Source: Oscillospiraceae bacterium (GTDB taxonomy: Bacteria > Bacillota > Clostridia > Oscillospirales > Oscillospiraceae). From it: 64,000 nt of DNA. The notes under the pieces were generated by a model, which saw nothing but the letters and a program-made list of their open reading frames with translations, ran no database searches and was not told the DNA's origin. The first letter of the stretch is position 1, and every line of letters starts with the position of its first letter. The stretch is from NCBI GenBank assembly GCA_017541995.1, contig JAFXYD010000070.1:508-64507 (forward strand). The letters run 5' to 3'. Shown in pieces: positions 8,526 through 18,293 of this stretch. Both the position numbers and the translations under genes were made by a program.

Positions 8526-9376
8526 GTTGTTCTCCTTTTTAATAAGCGCGTGCGTATGGAACGGACGATCAGAGCGGCGGCCCGGGCCAGGAACAGAATC
8601 AGGGCAAAGGCCAGCAGGTAGAGCAGGAGCATCAGAAGGGGATTGAGGAAGGTCAGACCCGCGGCAGTCAGCCTGGCGGCCAGATCCTCAAAAAAGGGGA
8701 CGCCCCCCAAATTCCGATAGAGCATGAAGTCGAAGTCAAAGAGAAAATCCACCGGAATGACCACGAGGGAGAAGAGCAGATGGAAGCAGAAGCCGCCTTT
8801 CAGGGTGGACAGGCCGACACCGCGTTCCGCCTCGGGCAGGCTGGGGTCTCCGGCGCTCCGCAGCCTGGTCACCAGGACCAGCAGCCCCAGGAAGACCATC
8901 AACAGGTGCCAGAGCATGGAGTAGAGGGCGCCAAAGGAGAAGAAGGGGTAGTAGTAGAAGGCGTTGAGTCGCACCATGGTGGCGACGCCCCCCACCACGC
9001 TGCCGGTGGCCAGCCAGCTCTCCGCCGCCTGCCGGACCCGGCCCCGGCCGAAGCCGGCCAGCAGGGCGGCGGGCATGACGATGGAGCAGGTGTCCAGGGG
9101 CAGCAGATAGAAGTTGAAGGCGCCGAAGCGCTGGATGTCATGGTAACTCTCCCAGGCGGTTTTGCCCAGATAGAGCAGCGTGAGGAAAATGCCGGTAAAG
9201 CCGATCACGCGTCGGATCCACTGACGGGAGGCGCCGCGCAGGGCCGTGAGCAGAAGAATCAGCAGCAGGGCGGAAAGCCCCAGATAGAGGGTCTGGGCAG
9301 GGCCGCCGAAGTCCTGGCCGGAATAGCCGGAGATGTCGTATTTGTAGTCGAAAAAGCCGTAGTCGCCGGAGAACAA
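8522..9376 (-). CDS. polytopic integral membrane protein (YwaF/TMEM164-like, tentative)
   Basis: Multiple hydrophobic helices, LPLDTCSI motif, 4-nt overlap with the downstream HAD gene. Confidence 0.5.
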   Translation of the reverse strand: MFSGDYGFFDYKYDISGYSGQDFGGPAQTLYLGLSALLLILLLTALRGASRQWIRRVIGFTGIFLTLLYLGKTAWESYHDIQRFGAFNFYLLPLDTCSIVMPAALLAGFGRGRVRQAAESWLATGSVVGGVATMVRLNAFYYYPFFSFGALYSMLWHLLMVFLGLLVLVTRLRSAGDPSLPEAERGVGLSTLKGGFCFHLLFSLVVIPVDFLFDFDFMLYRNLGGVPFFEDLAARLTAAGLTFLNPLLMLLLYLLAFALILFLARAAALIVRSIRTRLLKRRTT

Positions 9377-9588
9377 GAAGATCGCTTCCTTTGGGTAATG
9401 ATTGTTGTGGTATTATACTACAAAACGCCTCAAAAAACAATACGCAATCCGGAATTATCCGGAAAGCTCTGCCGCGGCAACAAAATACGGGCGGCGTCAA
9501 CAAAATACGGGCTGCGGCTTGCGCGGCGGCGGGGAAGGTGCTATAATAGCTGCGTCCAATTCCGTGAGACAGAAAGGAAGTATATGCC

Positions 9589-11052
9589 ATGCCCTGCACC
9601 ACTGTTTTAGTCGGCAAAGCGGCCTCCAACGACCGCTCCACCATGATTGCCCGCACCGACGACGGCCACTTCGACGAGAAGAAGCTGATCGTGGTGACGC
9701 CCAGGCAGCAGAAGAAGAAATACAAGAGCGTCCTCTCCCATCTGGAGCTGGCGCTGCCCGAGGAGCCCCTGGCCTACACCGCCAGCCCCAGCGTGAACCC
9801 CGAGAGCGGGATCTGGGCCGCCACCGGCATCAACGCCGCCGGGGTGGGCATGACCGCCACGGAGACCATCACCTCCAATCCCAGGGTTCTGGCGGCGGAT
9901 CCCCTGGTGGAGCTGCAGAAGCCCAGGTCCCGCCGGGAGAAGGAAATCCCCGGGGGCATCGGGGAGGAGGACATTCTGGTGCTGGTGCTGCCCTACATCC
10001 GCTCCGCCCGGGAGGGCGTGCTGCGGCTGGGGCGGCTGCTGGAGCAATACGGCACCTATGAGTCCAACGGCGTGGCCTTCAACGACGAGAAGGAGGTCTG
10101 GTGGATGGAGACCATTGGCGGCCACCACTGGATGGCGAAGCGGGTTCCCGACGAGGCGGTGGTGGTGATGCCCAACCAGTTCGGCATGGACAGCTTCGAC
10201 CTGGCCGACGCCCTGGGGGCGCAGAAGGCCCATCTCTGCTCCGCCGACCTGCGGGAATTCATCTCGGAAAACCGCCTGGACTGCAATCAGAACGGCGTTT
10301 TCAACCCCCGGAACATCTTCGGCTCCCACACCGACCAGGACCACGTCTACAACACCCCCCGGGCCTGGTTCATGGGCCGCTGGCTCTGCCCGAGAGGCTG
10401 GAGGTGGGACGGCCCCGACGCGGATTTCACCCCCGAGAGCGACGACATCCCCTGGAGCTTTGTGCCGGAGCGGAAGCTGGCGGTGGAGGACGTGAAGTAC
10501 CTGCTCTCCTCCAACTACCAGGGCACGCCTTACAATCCCTATCTCAACCAGGATACCGGCCTGCGGGGCAAGTACCGCTCCATCGGCATCAACCGCACCG
10601 GCGTCACCTCCGTCTGCCAGATCCGGGACGGCCTGCCCCTGGAGCTGCGGGGGATCGAGTGGATCTGCTTCGCCTCCACCACCTTCGACGCTCTGCTGCC
10701 GGTGTATACCTGCGTGGAGAAGATGCCGGACTATCTGGCGAAGGTCGGTATGGACGTGTCCACCGAGACCTTCTACTGGTCCAGCGCCTTGCTGGGGGCC
10801 CTGGCGGATCACAGCTACAACAAGAGCAACCAGCACATCGACCGCTACCAGGCCGCCGTGGTCACCAAGGGCCGTCAGCTTCTGCGGGAATACGACCGGA
10901 GGATGCTGGAAAGCGGCGACTACAGCCTGGCCGCCGAGGCCAACGAGAAGCTGGCGAAGATGGCAAAGGAGCAGACCGACAAGACCCTCTATAAGGTTCT
11001 GCGGGCCGCCTCCGAGACCATGAAAAACGGCTACAATCGCGCGGACAACTGA
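9589..11052 (+). CDS. C69 family dipeptidase
   Basis: N-terminal nucleophile context MPCTTVLVGKAASNDRSTMIARTDD, length about 490 aa. Confidence 0.8.
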   Translation: MPCTTVLVGKAASNDRSTMIARTDDGHFDEKKLIVVTPRQQKKKYKSVLSHLELALPEEPLAYTASPSVNPESGIWAATGINAAGVGMTATETITSNPRVLAADPLVELQKPRSRREKEIPGGIGEEDILVLVLPYIRSAREGVLRLGRLLEQYGTYESNGVAFNDEKEVWWMETIGGHHWMAKRVPDEAVVVMPNQFGMDSFDLADALGAQKAHLCSADLREFISENRLDCNQNGVFNPRNIFGSHTDQDHVYNTPRAWFMGRWLCPRGWRWDGPDADFTPESDDIPWSFVPERKLAVEDVKYLLSSNYQGTPYNPYLNQDTGLRGKYRSIGINRTGVTSVCQIRDGLPLELRGIEWICFASTTFDALLPVYTCVEKMPDYLAKVGMDVSTETFYWSSALLGALADHSYNKSNQHIDRYQAAVVTKGRQLLREYDRRMLESGDYSLAAEANEKLAKMAKEQTDKTLYKVLRAASETMKNGYNRADN

Positions 11053-11322
11053 AAAAATGAATGCGATGAATATTCCCGGCCCGGAATCGGACCGGGAAAT
11101 TCATTTTATGCAGAAATATATTGCATATACAGCTGATTCACCAATAATTGTGAATAACAGACAATTTTTCACCCCAAAAATTTCTGAATTCATTTTCATT
11201 ATACAGCAAAATTATACTGTACAAAACAAAAACGATATGTTAAAATATGCACGTAGTGAACAAGTCCTCTTGCTCGCTGTTCGAATTTTTTTGTCAGAAT
11301 TAACGGAAAAGGAGTCAAAGAA

Positions 11323-14300
11323 ATGAGTAAACAGTTCAAACGCCTCTTCGCTGTTCTGCTGGTGCTGGCCATGGTGCTCAGCGTCATGCCCACCACTTCT
11401 GCGGTGGAGATGGGAAGCGGACGGGCAGACCGTCCCCTGCTTGAGAATGCCAACGAGATTCTGGACGCCGACGTCTTTGCCAGCATTGCGCTGGTGGAAG
11501 CCAACGCAGCCCGTCCCATGGGCGGACAGAGCCGCATGACCGAGCGGGACTACGTCAACCTGATCCCCTCCATCAAGGAAGCCATTGAAAGCTCCGCTAC
11601 CTATGTTCCCGGTACCCTCCAGGCCAACGGCAACTTCCTGGTTTGGGAAACCACCACCGGCATGCCCTGCTGCTACGACCCCCGTATGGAGGCCGAGCTG
11701 CACAACACCGTGAATGATCCCACGCCCGAGGAAATGGCCAAGATCGAAGCCGAGGCCCAGGCGCTGGTGGAAACCTACGCCGAGCTTCGCGGCGGCAGCG
11801 CCACCTCCACCAAGATCGGTCTGATCCAGCCCTACTGGGAATCCAACTCCAGCTACTCCGATTCCTCCTTTACCAGCTACTCTCCCTACTATAAGACCAT
11901 GTGGCAGAACCTCTACGGCGCCACCGGCGGCACCGGCATGCGCTACTCCATGACCAACGCCACCGTGGACAACATCGCCAAGACCATCGAAGAGTGCGGC
12001 CTGGTCATCTTCGACTCCCACGGCACCACCGACTACTCCGGCTCCAACGGCGACTACACCTCCCGCGCCAACTGCTCCTACCTCTGCCTGACCACCAACT
12101 CCGGCGTCACCTCCGCCGACACCCAGGCCAAGACCGGCACCTACGGCACCTACTACGAGTGCATGAAGGGCTCCGGCTACGCCTACGTCTCCGGCACCTG
12201 CATCGCCAACCACATGACCAAGAACGCCCCCAACTCCCTGGTTTACATGGGCATCTGCCTGGGCATGGCCACCGACGGCATGTACAAGGGCCTGCGGGCC
12301 AAGGGCGTTGAGACCGTTTGGGGCTACTCCCAGTCCGTCTCCTTCGTGGGCGAGCGGAAGTACATGGAGTCCATTCTGGGCTACGTGAAGGACGGCGATC
12401 AGTTCAAGGACGCCGTTTCCAAGGCCAAGGCTTCCCTGGGCAAGTGGGATCCCGCCTACAGCTCCTACAGCCAGTCCCAGTGCGTGGCGAACCACGTTGC
12501 CTTCCCCATCTGTGTTTCCGATGAGGACACTTATCCCGGCCACGGCAATGTGGACACCGTCCAGACCGTGTACTCCACCTGGAGCCTCTTCGGCGGCAGC
12601 TCCACCTCCTACACCGTGACCGCCACCTCCAACAATACCTCCTACGGCACCGTCTCCGTCAGCGGCAACACCATCACCGCTTCCCCGAAGACCGGCTACT
12701 ATGCCTCCGGCTACACCGTCACCTCCGGCAGCGCCACCGTCAGCCAGAACGGCAACGTCTTCACCGTGACCCCGTCCTCCGACTGCACCGTGCGCATCAA
12801 CTTCGCCGCCAAGACCACCGTGAAGATCACCTGCGTGGCCAACGGCTCCACCTACACCACCGTCTCCGGCTACGCCGGCGATACCCTGACCCTCCCCACC
12901 GCCGCCACCAGCGTCAGCGGCTACAGCTTCGTGGGCTGGGCCACCTCCACCGTGGCGGAGACCACCACCAAGCCCAGCTACTACGCCCCCGGCGCTTCTG
13001 TCACCGCCAACAGCAACATCACCGTCTATGCGGTCTACACCAAGACCGAGGGCACCGGCGGCGCCACCGTCTATGAGCTCATCGACACCGCCCCCAGCTC
13101 CTGGGCCGGCAACTGGCTGATCTCCTACGGCACCTCCACCTCCAGCCTGTACTTCCTGAAGGGCCTGTCCGGCAACACCAAGTATGAGTCCGCCTCCGCC
13201 GGCGGCGCCGTCCTCCTGTCCAGCACTGGCATGAGCTACGCCGACGGCCAGATCTCCGGGGCCACCAACGCCTACGTCTGGAAGGCCACCGCGGACGGCT
13301 CCTACTACAAACTGCAGAACGCCTCCACTGGCACCTACCTCAGCAGCAAGAGCTCCTACCTCTACAGCCAGAGCTCCTACTCCACCAGCTATGGCCGCTG
13401 GACCCTGTCCATGAGCAGCGGCAACGTCACCGCCAAGAACAGCGCCTCCAGCAGCTATCCCTACCTGAGCTTCTCCAGCAGCAAGTACTTCATGGTCGGC
13501 AGCTCCGCTCCCACCGGCCTGTACTTCTGGAAGGAGACCTCCGGCGGCACCACCTACTACACCACCAGCCCCTCCGCTACCGACACCCACACCCACAGCT
13601 ACGGCGCCTGGAGCTCCAACAACAACGGTACCCACAGCCGGACCTGCTCCTGCGGTGAGACGGAGACCGTCAACTGCACCTACAGCAGCGTCGTGACGGC
13701 CCCCACCACCACGTCCCAGGGCTACACCACCTACACCTGCACCGTCTGCGGCTACTCCTACAAGGGCGATTACACCGATCCCATTGAGGACACCACCTAC
13801 TACACCGTGACCTACTCCGTGCCCAGCGGCGTGACCAGACCCTCCAGCCAGACCGTGGCGGCCGGCGGCTCCATCACCCTGCCCACCGCGGGCGCTCCCT
13901 CCGGCTACACCTTCGTCGGCTGGGTCACCTCCACCGTCAGCGACACCACCACCCAGCCCACCACCTACACCGGCACCGTCACCGTCAACGGCAGCGTCAC
14001 CCTGTACGCCCTGTACACCCATGACGTCACCACCGGCGGCGGCACTGCCACCACCGCCTACGAGCTGCTGGGCTCCGCTCCCTCCGACTGGACCGGCAAC
14101 TACCTCATCACCTACGGCACCAATACCTCCAGCCTCTACGCTCTGAAGGGCCTGTCCGGCAACACCAGATATGAGTCCACCTCCGCCGGCGGCTCCGCCC
14201 TGTACAGCGATGCCGGCATGAGCTATGCCGACGGCTACATGACCGGGGTGCCCAGCGTCTACGTCTGGAAGATCGCCAAGACCGGCTCCTACTACACCAT

Positions 14301-14574
14301 CCAGAACGCCTCCACCGGCACCTACCTGGGCAACTACAGCAGCTACCTCTACAGCCGCAGCTCCTACAGCTCCACCTACTGCCGCTGGAGCCTCTCCTGC
14401 AGCAGCGGCAACATGACCGTGAAGTCCACCCGCAGCACCAGCTATCCCTATCTGAGCTACTCCAGCAGCGGCTACTTCATGGTGAACTCCTCCGTGCCCA
14501 GCGGCCTGTACTTCTGGAAGGAGACCACCACCAGCACCGGCGGCTCCACCGTGACCTACTACACCACCGGCTGA
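11323..14574 (+). CDS. large secreted protein: signal peptide, clan CD (gingipain/clostripain-like) cysteine peptidase-like domain, then 2 x [Listeria-Bacteroides type repeat + about 170-aa beta-rich domain] separated by a Cys/His-rich linker
   Basis: AAAGGAG RBS. Signal peptide MSKQFKRLFAVLLVLAMVLSVMPTTSA. His-Gly / Cys dyad context FDSHGT ... YMGICLGM. GYSFVGW / GYTFVGW repeats. Units 12814-13566 and 13795-14571 are clearly paralogous. Strong C-ending codon bias. Confidence 0.7.
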   Translation: MSKQFKRLFAVLLVLAMVLSVMPTTSAVEMGSGRADRPLLENANEILDADVFASIALVEANAARPMGGQSRMTERDYVNLIPSIKEAIESSATYVPGTLQANGNFLVWETTTGMPCCYDPRMEAELHNTVNDPTPEEMAKIEAEAQALVETYAELRGGSATSTKIGLIQPYWESNSSYSDSSFTSYSPYYKTMWQNLYGATGGTGMRYSMTNATVDNIAKTIEECGLVIFDSHGTTDYSGSNGDYTSRANCSYLCLTTNSGVTSADTQAKTGTYGTYYECMKGSGYAYVSGTCIANHMTKNAPNSLVYMGICLGMATDGMYKGLRAKGVETVWGYSQSVSFVGERKYMESILGYVKDGDQFKDAVSKAKASLGKWDPAYSSYSQSQCVANHVAFPICVSDEDTYPGHGNVDTVQTVYSTWSLFGGSSTSYTVTATSNNTSYGTVSVSGNTITASPKTGYYASGYTVTSGSATVSQNGNVFTVTPSSDCTVRINFAAKTTVKITCVANGSTYTTVSGYAGDTLTLPTAATSVSGYSFVGWATSTVAETTTKPSYYAPGASVTANSNITVYAVYTKTEGTGGATVYELIDTAPSSWAGNWLISYGTSTSSLYFLKGLSGNTKYESASAGGAVLLSSTGMSYADGQISGATNAYVWKATADGSYYKLQNASTGTYLSSKSSYLYSQSSYSTSYGRWTLSMSSGNVTAKNSASSSYPYLSFSSSKYFMVGSSAPTGLYFWKETSGGTTYYTTSPSATDTHTHSYGAWSSNNNGTHSRTCSCGETETVNCTYSSVVTAPTTTSQGYTTYTCTVCGYSYKGDYTDPIEDTTYYTVTYSVPSGVTRPSSQTVAAGGSITLPTAGAPSGYTFVGWVTSTVSDTTTQPTTYTGTVTVNGSVTLYALYTHDVTTGGGTATTAYELLGSAPSDWTGNYLITYGTNTSSLYALKGLSGNTRYESTSAGGSALYSDAGMSYADGYMTGVPSVYVWKIAKTGSYYTIQNASTGTYLGNYSSYLYSRSSYSSTYCRWSLSCSSGNMTVKSTRSTSYPYLSYSSSGYFMVNSSVPSGLYFWKETTTSTGGSTVTYYTTG

Positions 14575-14611
14575 TCTCGGGAGCCCAAGACAGGCACAAG
14601 CCATGAATCCC

Positions 14612-14642
14612 GTCCCCGCCGCTTCTGCGGCGGGGACTTTTT
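14612..14642 (+). terminator. rho-independent terminator
   Basis: GTCCCCGCCGC-TTCT-GCGGCGGGGAC followed by TTTTT. Confidence 0.85.
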
Positions 14643-14657
14643 ATGCGCAACACAGGA

Positions 14658-14686
14658 TTGACAGGCCCGGGTCAAATGGGTATAAT
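14658..14686 (+). promoter_or_regulatory. sigma-A type promoter
   Basis: TTGACA, 17 nt, TATAAT, upstream of the antiporter gene. Confidence 0.7.
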
Positions 14687-14719
14687 ACGGAATACAACAT
14701 AATATAAGGAGTGGTACCC

Positions 14720-16372
14720 GTGTCAAAAGCCAAAGCACCGAAGCAGCGCTGGCTGATCCATCTGATCGCCCTGGCCGCGGTGGCCGCCGTAATCCTGCTC
14801 ACCGTCTTTTCCAAGCCTGCCGCGGAGGGCTCCGCCGTCTACGGCAGCTTCGTCTCCCTGCTGCCGCCTCTGGTGGCAATCGCCCTGGCCCTCATCACCA
14901 AGGAGGTCTACAGCGCCCTGTTCCTGGGCGTCGTCACCGGCGCCTTTCTCTATGCCGGGGGCAATGCCGAGCTGGCGCTGAACACCATGCTCTTCCATGA
15001 GGAGGGGGGTCTGATCGCCGGCATCACCGACAGCTCCCATGCCGCCGTGCTGGTCTTTGTGATCCTGCTGGGCACCCTGGTGGTGCTGATGAACCGCTCC
15101 GGCGGCGCGGCGGCCTTTGGCCGCTGGGCCGAGAAGCACATCAAGACCCGGGTGGGGGCCCAGCTCGCCACCATCATCTTGGGCCTGCTGATCTTTGTGG
15201 ACGACGGCTTCAACTGCTTCACCGTGGGCTCCGTCATGCGGCCCATGACCGACAGCCACAAGATTTCCCGGGCCAAGCTGGCCTATCTGCTGGACGCCAC
15301 CGCCGCCCCGGTCTGCATCATCGCCCCCATTTCCTGCTGGGCCGCCGCGGTGAGCTACGCTGTGCCGGAGGAGTACGGCATCAACGGCTTCCGCATGTTC
15401 CTGCGGACCATCCCCTATAACTTCTACGCCCTGAGCACAGTGCTGATGATGGTGCTGCTGGTGCTGCGCAAGACCGACTTCGGCCCCATGCGCCGCCATG
15501 AGCAGAACGCTCTGAAGGGCGACCTCTTCACCGCCGGGCCCCGGGACTATGACGACGAGGAGAAGAAGGCCCCCAGCCAGGCGGGCCGCCTCTCCGATCT
15601 GGTGATCCCGGTGGCAGTGCTGATCCTCTGCTGCATCCTGGGCATCGCCTACACCGGCGGCCTCTTCGCCGGGGAGAACCTCATTGACGCCTTTGCCAAC
15701 GCCGACTCCGCCCGGGGCCTGGTGATGGGCAGTCTGATTGCCGTGCTCATCACCCTCTGGCTCTATATGAGCCGGGGCGTGGTGCCCTTCAAGGAGTTTA
15801 TGGCCTCCTTCGCCGCGGGCTTCCGCAGCATGTGCGCCCCCATGATCATTCTGATCCTCTCCTGGAACCTCTCCGGCGTCACCGGCCTGCTGGGGGCCGC
15901 CGATTTCATCCACGGGGTGGTGGAGAGCTCCGCCGGAGCCCTGCGGATGTTTGTGCCCTTCATCGTCTTTGTGGTCTCGGTCTTCCTGGCCTTCTCCACC
16001 GGCACCAGCTGGGGCACCTTTACCATTCTGATTCCCATTGTCTGCGCGGTGTTCCCGGCGGAGTCCGAGATGCTGGTGATCGCCATTGCCGCCTGCCTCT
16101 CCGGCGCGGTCTGCGGCGACCACTGCTCGCCCATTTCCGACACCACCATCATGTCCTCGGCGGGAGCCCACTGCGACCACATCAACCACGTCACCACCCA
16201 GATGCCCTATGCCTTCACCGCCGCCGGCGTCAGCGCCGCGGGCTATCTGCTGGCGGGCATAGTGGGCTATTACGCGGAAAGCAGCCTGGCGCTGCTGGCC
16301 CTGCCCGTCGTGCTGCTGCTGATGGCCGCCGTGGTGGAGCTCATCGCCCGTCTGAACCGCAAACGTTCCTGA
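14720..16372 (+). CDS. Na+/H+ antiporter NhaC-family membrane protein
   Basis: About 12 TM segments, NhaC-like sequence throughout. GTG 14720 is 8 nt after AAGGAG, whereas the listed GTG 14711 overlaps the RBS. Confidence 0.7.
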   Translation: MSKAKAPKQRWLIHLIALAAVAAVILLTVFSKPAAEGSAVYGSFVSLLPPLVAIALALITKEVYSALFLGVVTGAFLYAGGNAELALNTMLFHEEGGLIAGITDSSHAAVLVFVILLGTLVVLMNRSGGAAAFGRWAEKHIKTRVGAQLATIILGLLIFVDDGFNCFTVGSVMRPMTDSHKISRAKLAYLLDATAAPVCIIAPISCWAAAVSYAVPEEYGINGFRMFLRTIPYNFYALSTVLMMVLLVLRKTDFGPMRRHEQNALKGDLFTAGPRDYDDEEKKAPSQAGRLSDLVIPVAVLILCCILGIAYTGGLFAGENLIDAFANADSARGLVMGSLIAVLITLWLYMSRGVVPFKEFMASFAAGFRSMCAPMIILILSWNLSGVTGLLGAADFIHGVVESSAGALRMFVPFIVFVVSVFLAFSTGTSWGTFTILIPIVCAVFPAESEMLVIAIAACLSGAVCGDHCSPISDTTIMSSAGAHCDHINHVTTQMPYAFTAAGVSAAGYLLAGIVGYYAESSLALLALPVVLLLMAAVVELIARLNRKRS

Positions 16373-16391
16373 TTTCTCCGGAGGCTTTCCC

Positions 16392-18269
16392 ATGAAAAAA
16401 ACCGCGGCGTCCGCCCTGCTTCTCCTGCTGCTCCTTTCCCTGGCCCTCTGCGGCTGCGAGGCCAAGCCCCCCTCCGCGCCGGCCACTGCGGAGCAGACGC
16501 TTCCCGTGCAGACCGAACCCGGGGCGAGGACGCCCGCGCCCGGGAGCTGGCTGCTGAAGTGGCTCCCGGCCTTCCGGGAGGCCCTGGACCGCTGCCTGCC
16601 CCTGGAGGAGGGGCCGGAGATCCCGGTCAACGGCAGTCGGCGCCTGGAAAGCCGCCTCCGGGGCGGCGTCCCCATGCTCCAGGCGGAGACCCTGGCAGAG
16701 CTGCTGGGCTGCGCCTGGGAGCAGACGGGAGCAGGAACCGCGGTGCTGAAGACCGAGGGCCGGGAGCTGTGCTTCCGCGCCCGGTCCATGGAGGCCCTGG
16801 CCGACGGCACCGCAGTCCGGCTGCCCGTGCCGGTCTGGGCGGCGGAGGAGGGCTGGTATCTGCCTGCCGCCTTCACAGCCCGGGCCCTGGGGGCCGCGGC
16901 GGTGGAGAACGAGGCGGGGCTGTCCCTCTGGCTGCCCGAGCCCGGGCCTGCCCTGTGGTTCGACGGGGTGGAGCTGGAGAGCCTCCGCTTTGGGGAGCTT
17001 CTCTGCGCCGAGCTCTCCCGGATGGCGGAGGCCGCCGGGGGCCGGGCCGAGGCGGAGGGAGACGAGATCGCCGTGACGGTGGGGGAGTACGCCCCGGTTT
17101 TCCGGGGGGCGTCGGCCAATTACCGTCTGGAGGGGCAGACAAAGCAGTTGTCCATGCCGGTGCTGCCCCTGGGGGAGGCGTACTACGCCCCCGCCGCGGA
17201 ATTCGCGGCGCTGATCGGCCTCCCGGCTCCGACGGGGGAAGGCCTGGTCTGGTCCCGCATGGAGCCCCGGGATACCCTGCTCTGGGTGGACGGGCGGCAG
17301 ACACAATCCTGCGCCATGCCGGAAGGCCCCCTGTATCTCCGGCTGGGAGCCCTGTGGGAGCCCGCTTCGGAGGAAACCGGGGGAAACCGCGCCGTCTTCC
17401 GGGCCCGGGGCCGGGAGCTCCGGCTGGAGGGGGGCTCCCGCCGCCTGCTGCTGGATGGGACGGAGCTGGAGCTCTCCGCCCCCGCCTACGGGGACGGGAC
17501 AGACTGGTATCTCCCTGCCGCCGAGACCCTGCAGGCCCTGGGCTTGACGGAGCTGGCGGACCCGGAGCTGGATCAGATCTACTACACGCATATCGTGCGG
17601 CACGACAGCCTTCCCGAGGGGTATCAGGTGCCGGTGCTCATGTACCACGCCGTCAGCGACTACCTCTGGGGCATCCCGGAGCTCTTCGTCTCTCCCGCCA
17701 GGCTGGAGGAGCAGCTCCAGGCCATCATAGAGGGGGGCTATACCCCCATCACCTTTGAGGATCTGGATCACGTGGCGGAGATCGAAAAGCCCGTGATGCT
17801 GAGCTTCGACGACGGCTACGACGACAATTACACGGAGCTCTTCCCCCTGCTGAAGCAATATGGGGTGAAGGCCACGGTCTTTGTCATCGTCAACGACCTG
17901 GGCAAGCCCCACAAGCTCACCGAGGCCCAGGTGAAGGAGATGTCCGACTCCGGCCTGGTGTCCATCCAGAGCCACACCATGAGCCACGGTTATCTGAGCG
18001 GGATGTATGAAAAGCAGCTCCGCTATGAGCACGAGGCGTCTCTGCTGGCCCTGGCCCGGATCACCGGGAAGCAGCCCTTTGTCATGTGCTATCCCACGGG
18101 CAAGAGCAGCGCCTATTCCAGGGGCATCACGGCGGAATACTATCAGTTCGGACTCAATATGACCGGCCCCTGCTATGTCACGGGGACGGATCCCTATATG
18201 ATCTATCGCTTCTATATCCCGCGCAATACCGGCCTGGAGCGCTTCCGGCGGTATCTGGCGGGGGGCTGA
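16392..18269 (+). CDS. lipoprotein with copper-amine-oxidase-like N-terminal repeats and a C-terminal polysaccharide deacetylase (NodB) domain
   Basis: Lipobox LSLALCGC. NodB motifs PVLMYHAV, MLSFDDGYDDNY, VKATVFVI, SHTMSH. Confidence 0.75.
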   Translation: MKKTAASALLLLLLLSLALCGCEAKPPSAPATAEQTLPVQTEPGARTPAPGSWLLKWLPAFREALDRCLPLEEGPEIPVNGSRRLESRLRGGVPMLQAETLAELLGCAWEQTGAGTAVLKTEGRELCFRARSMEALADGTAVRLPVPVWAAEEGWYLPAAFTARALGAAAVENEAGLSLWLPEPGPALWFDGVELESLRFGELLCAELSRMAEAAGGRAEAEGDEIAVTVGEYAPVFRGASANYRLEGQTKQLSMPVLPLGEAYYAPAAEFAALIGLPAPTGEGLVWSRMEPRDTLLWVDGRQTQSCAMPEGPLYLRLGALWEPASEETGGNRAVFRARGRELRLEGGSRRLLLDGTELELSAPAYGDGTDWYLPAAETLQALGLTELADPELDQIYYTHIVRHDSLPEGYQVPVLMYHAVSDYLWGIPELFVSPARLEEQLQAIIEGGYTPITFEDLDHVAEIEKPVMLSFDDGYDDNYTELFPLLKQYGVKATVFVIVNDLGKPHKLTEAQVKEMSDSGLVSIQSHTMSHGYLSGMYEKQLRYEHEASLLALARITGKQPFVMCYPTGKSSAYSRGITAEYYQFGLNMTGPCYVTGTDPYMIYRFYIPRNTGLERFRRYLAGG

Positions 18270-18293
18270 AGCAGGCAACAGGAGGAACCCGGC

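Noticed and set aside
11212-14604. 1130-aa minus-strand ORF
   Set aside because: It runs antisense to the secreted-protein gene, which has an RBS, signal peptide and domain repeats. The translation is Gly/Ala/Val low complexity.
14723-17119. 798-aa minus-strand ORF
   Set aside because: It runs antisense to the NhaC-family and deacetylase genes, with no motifs and biased composition.
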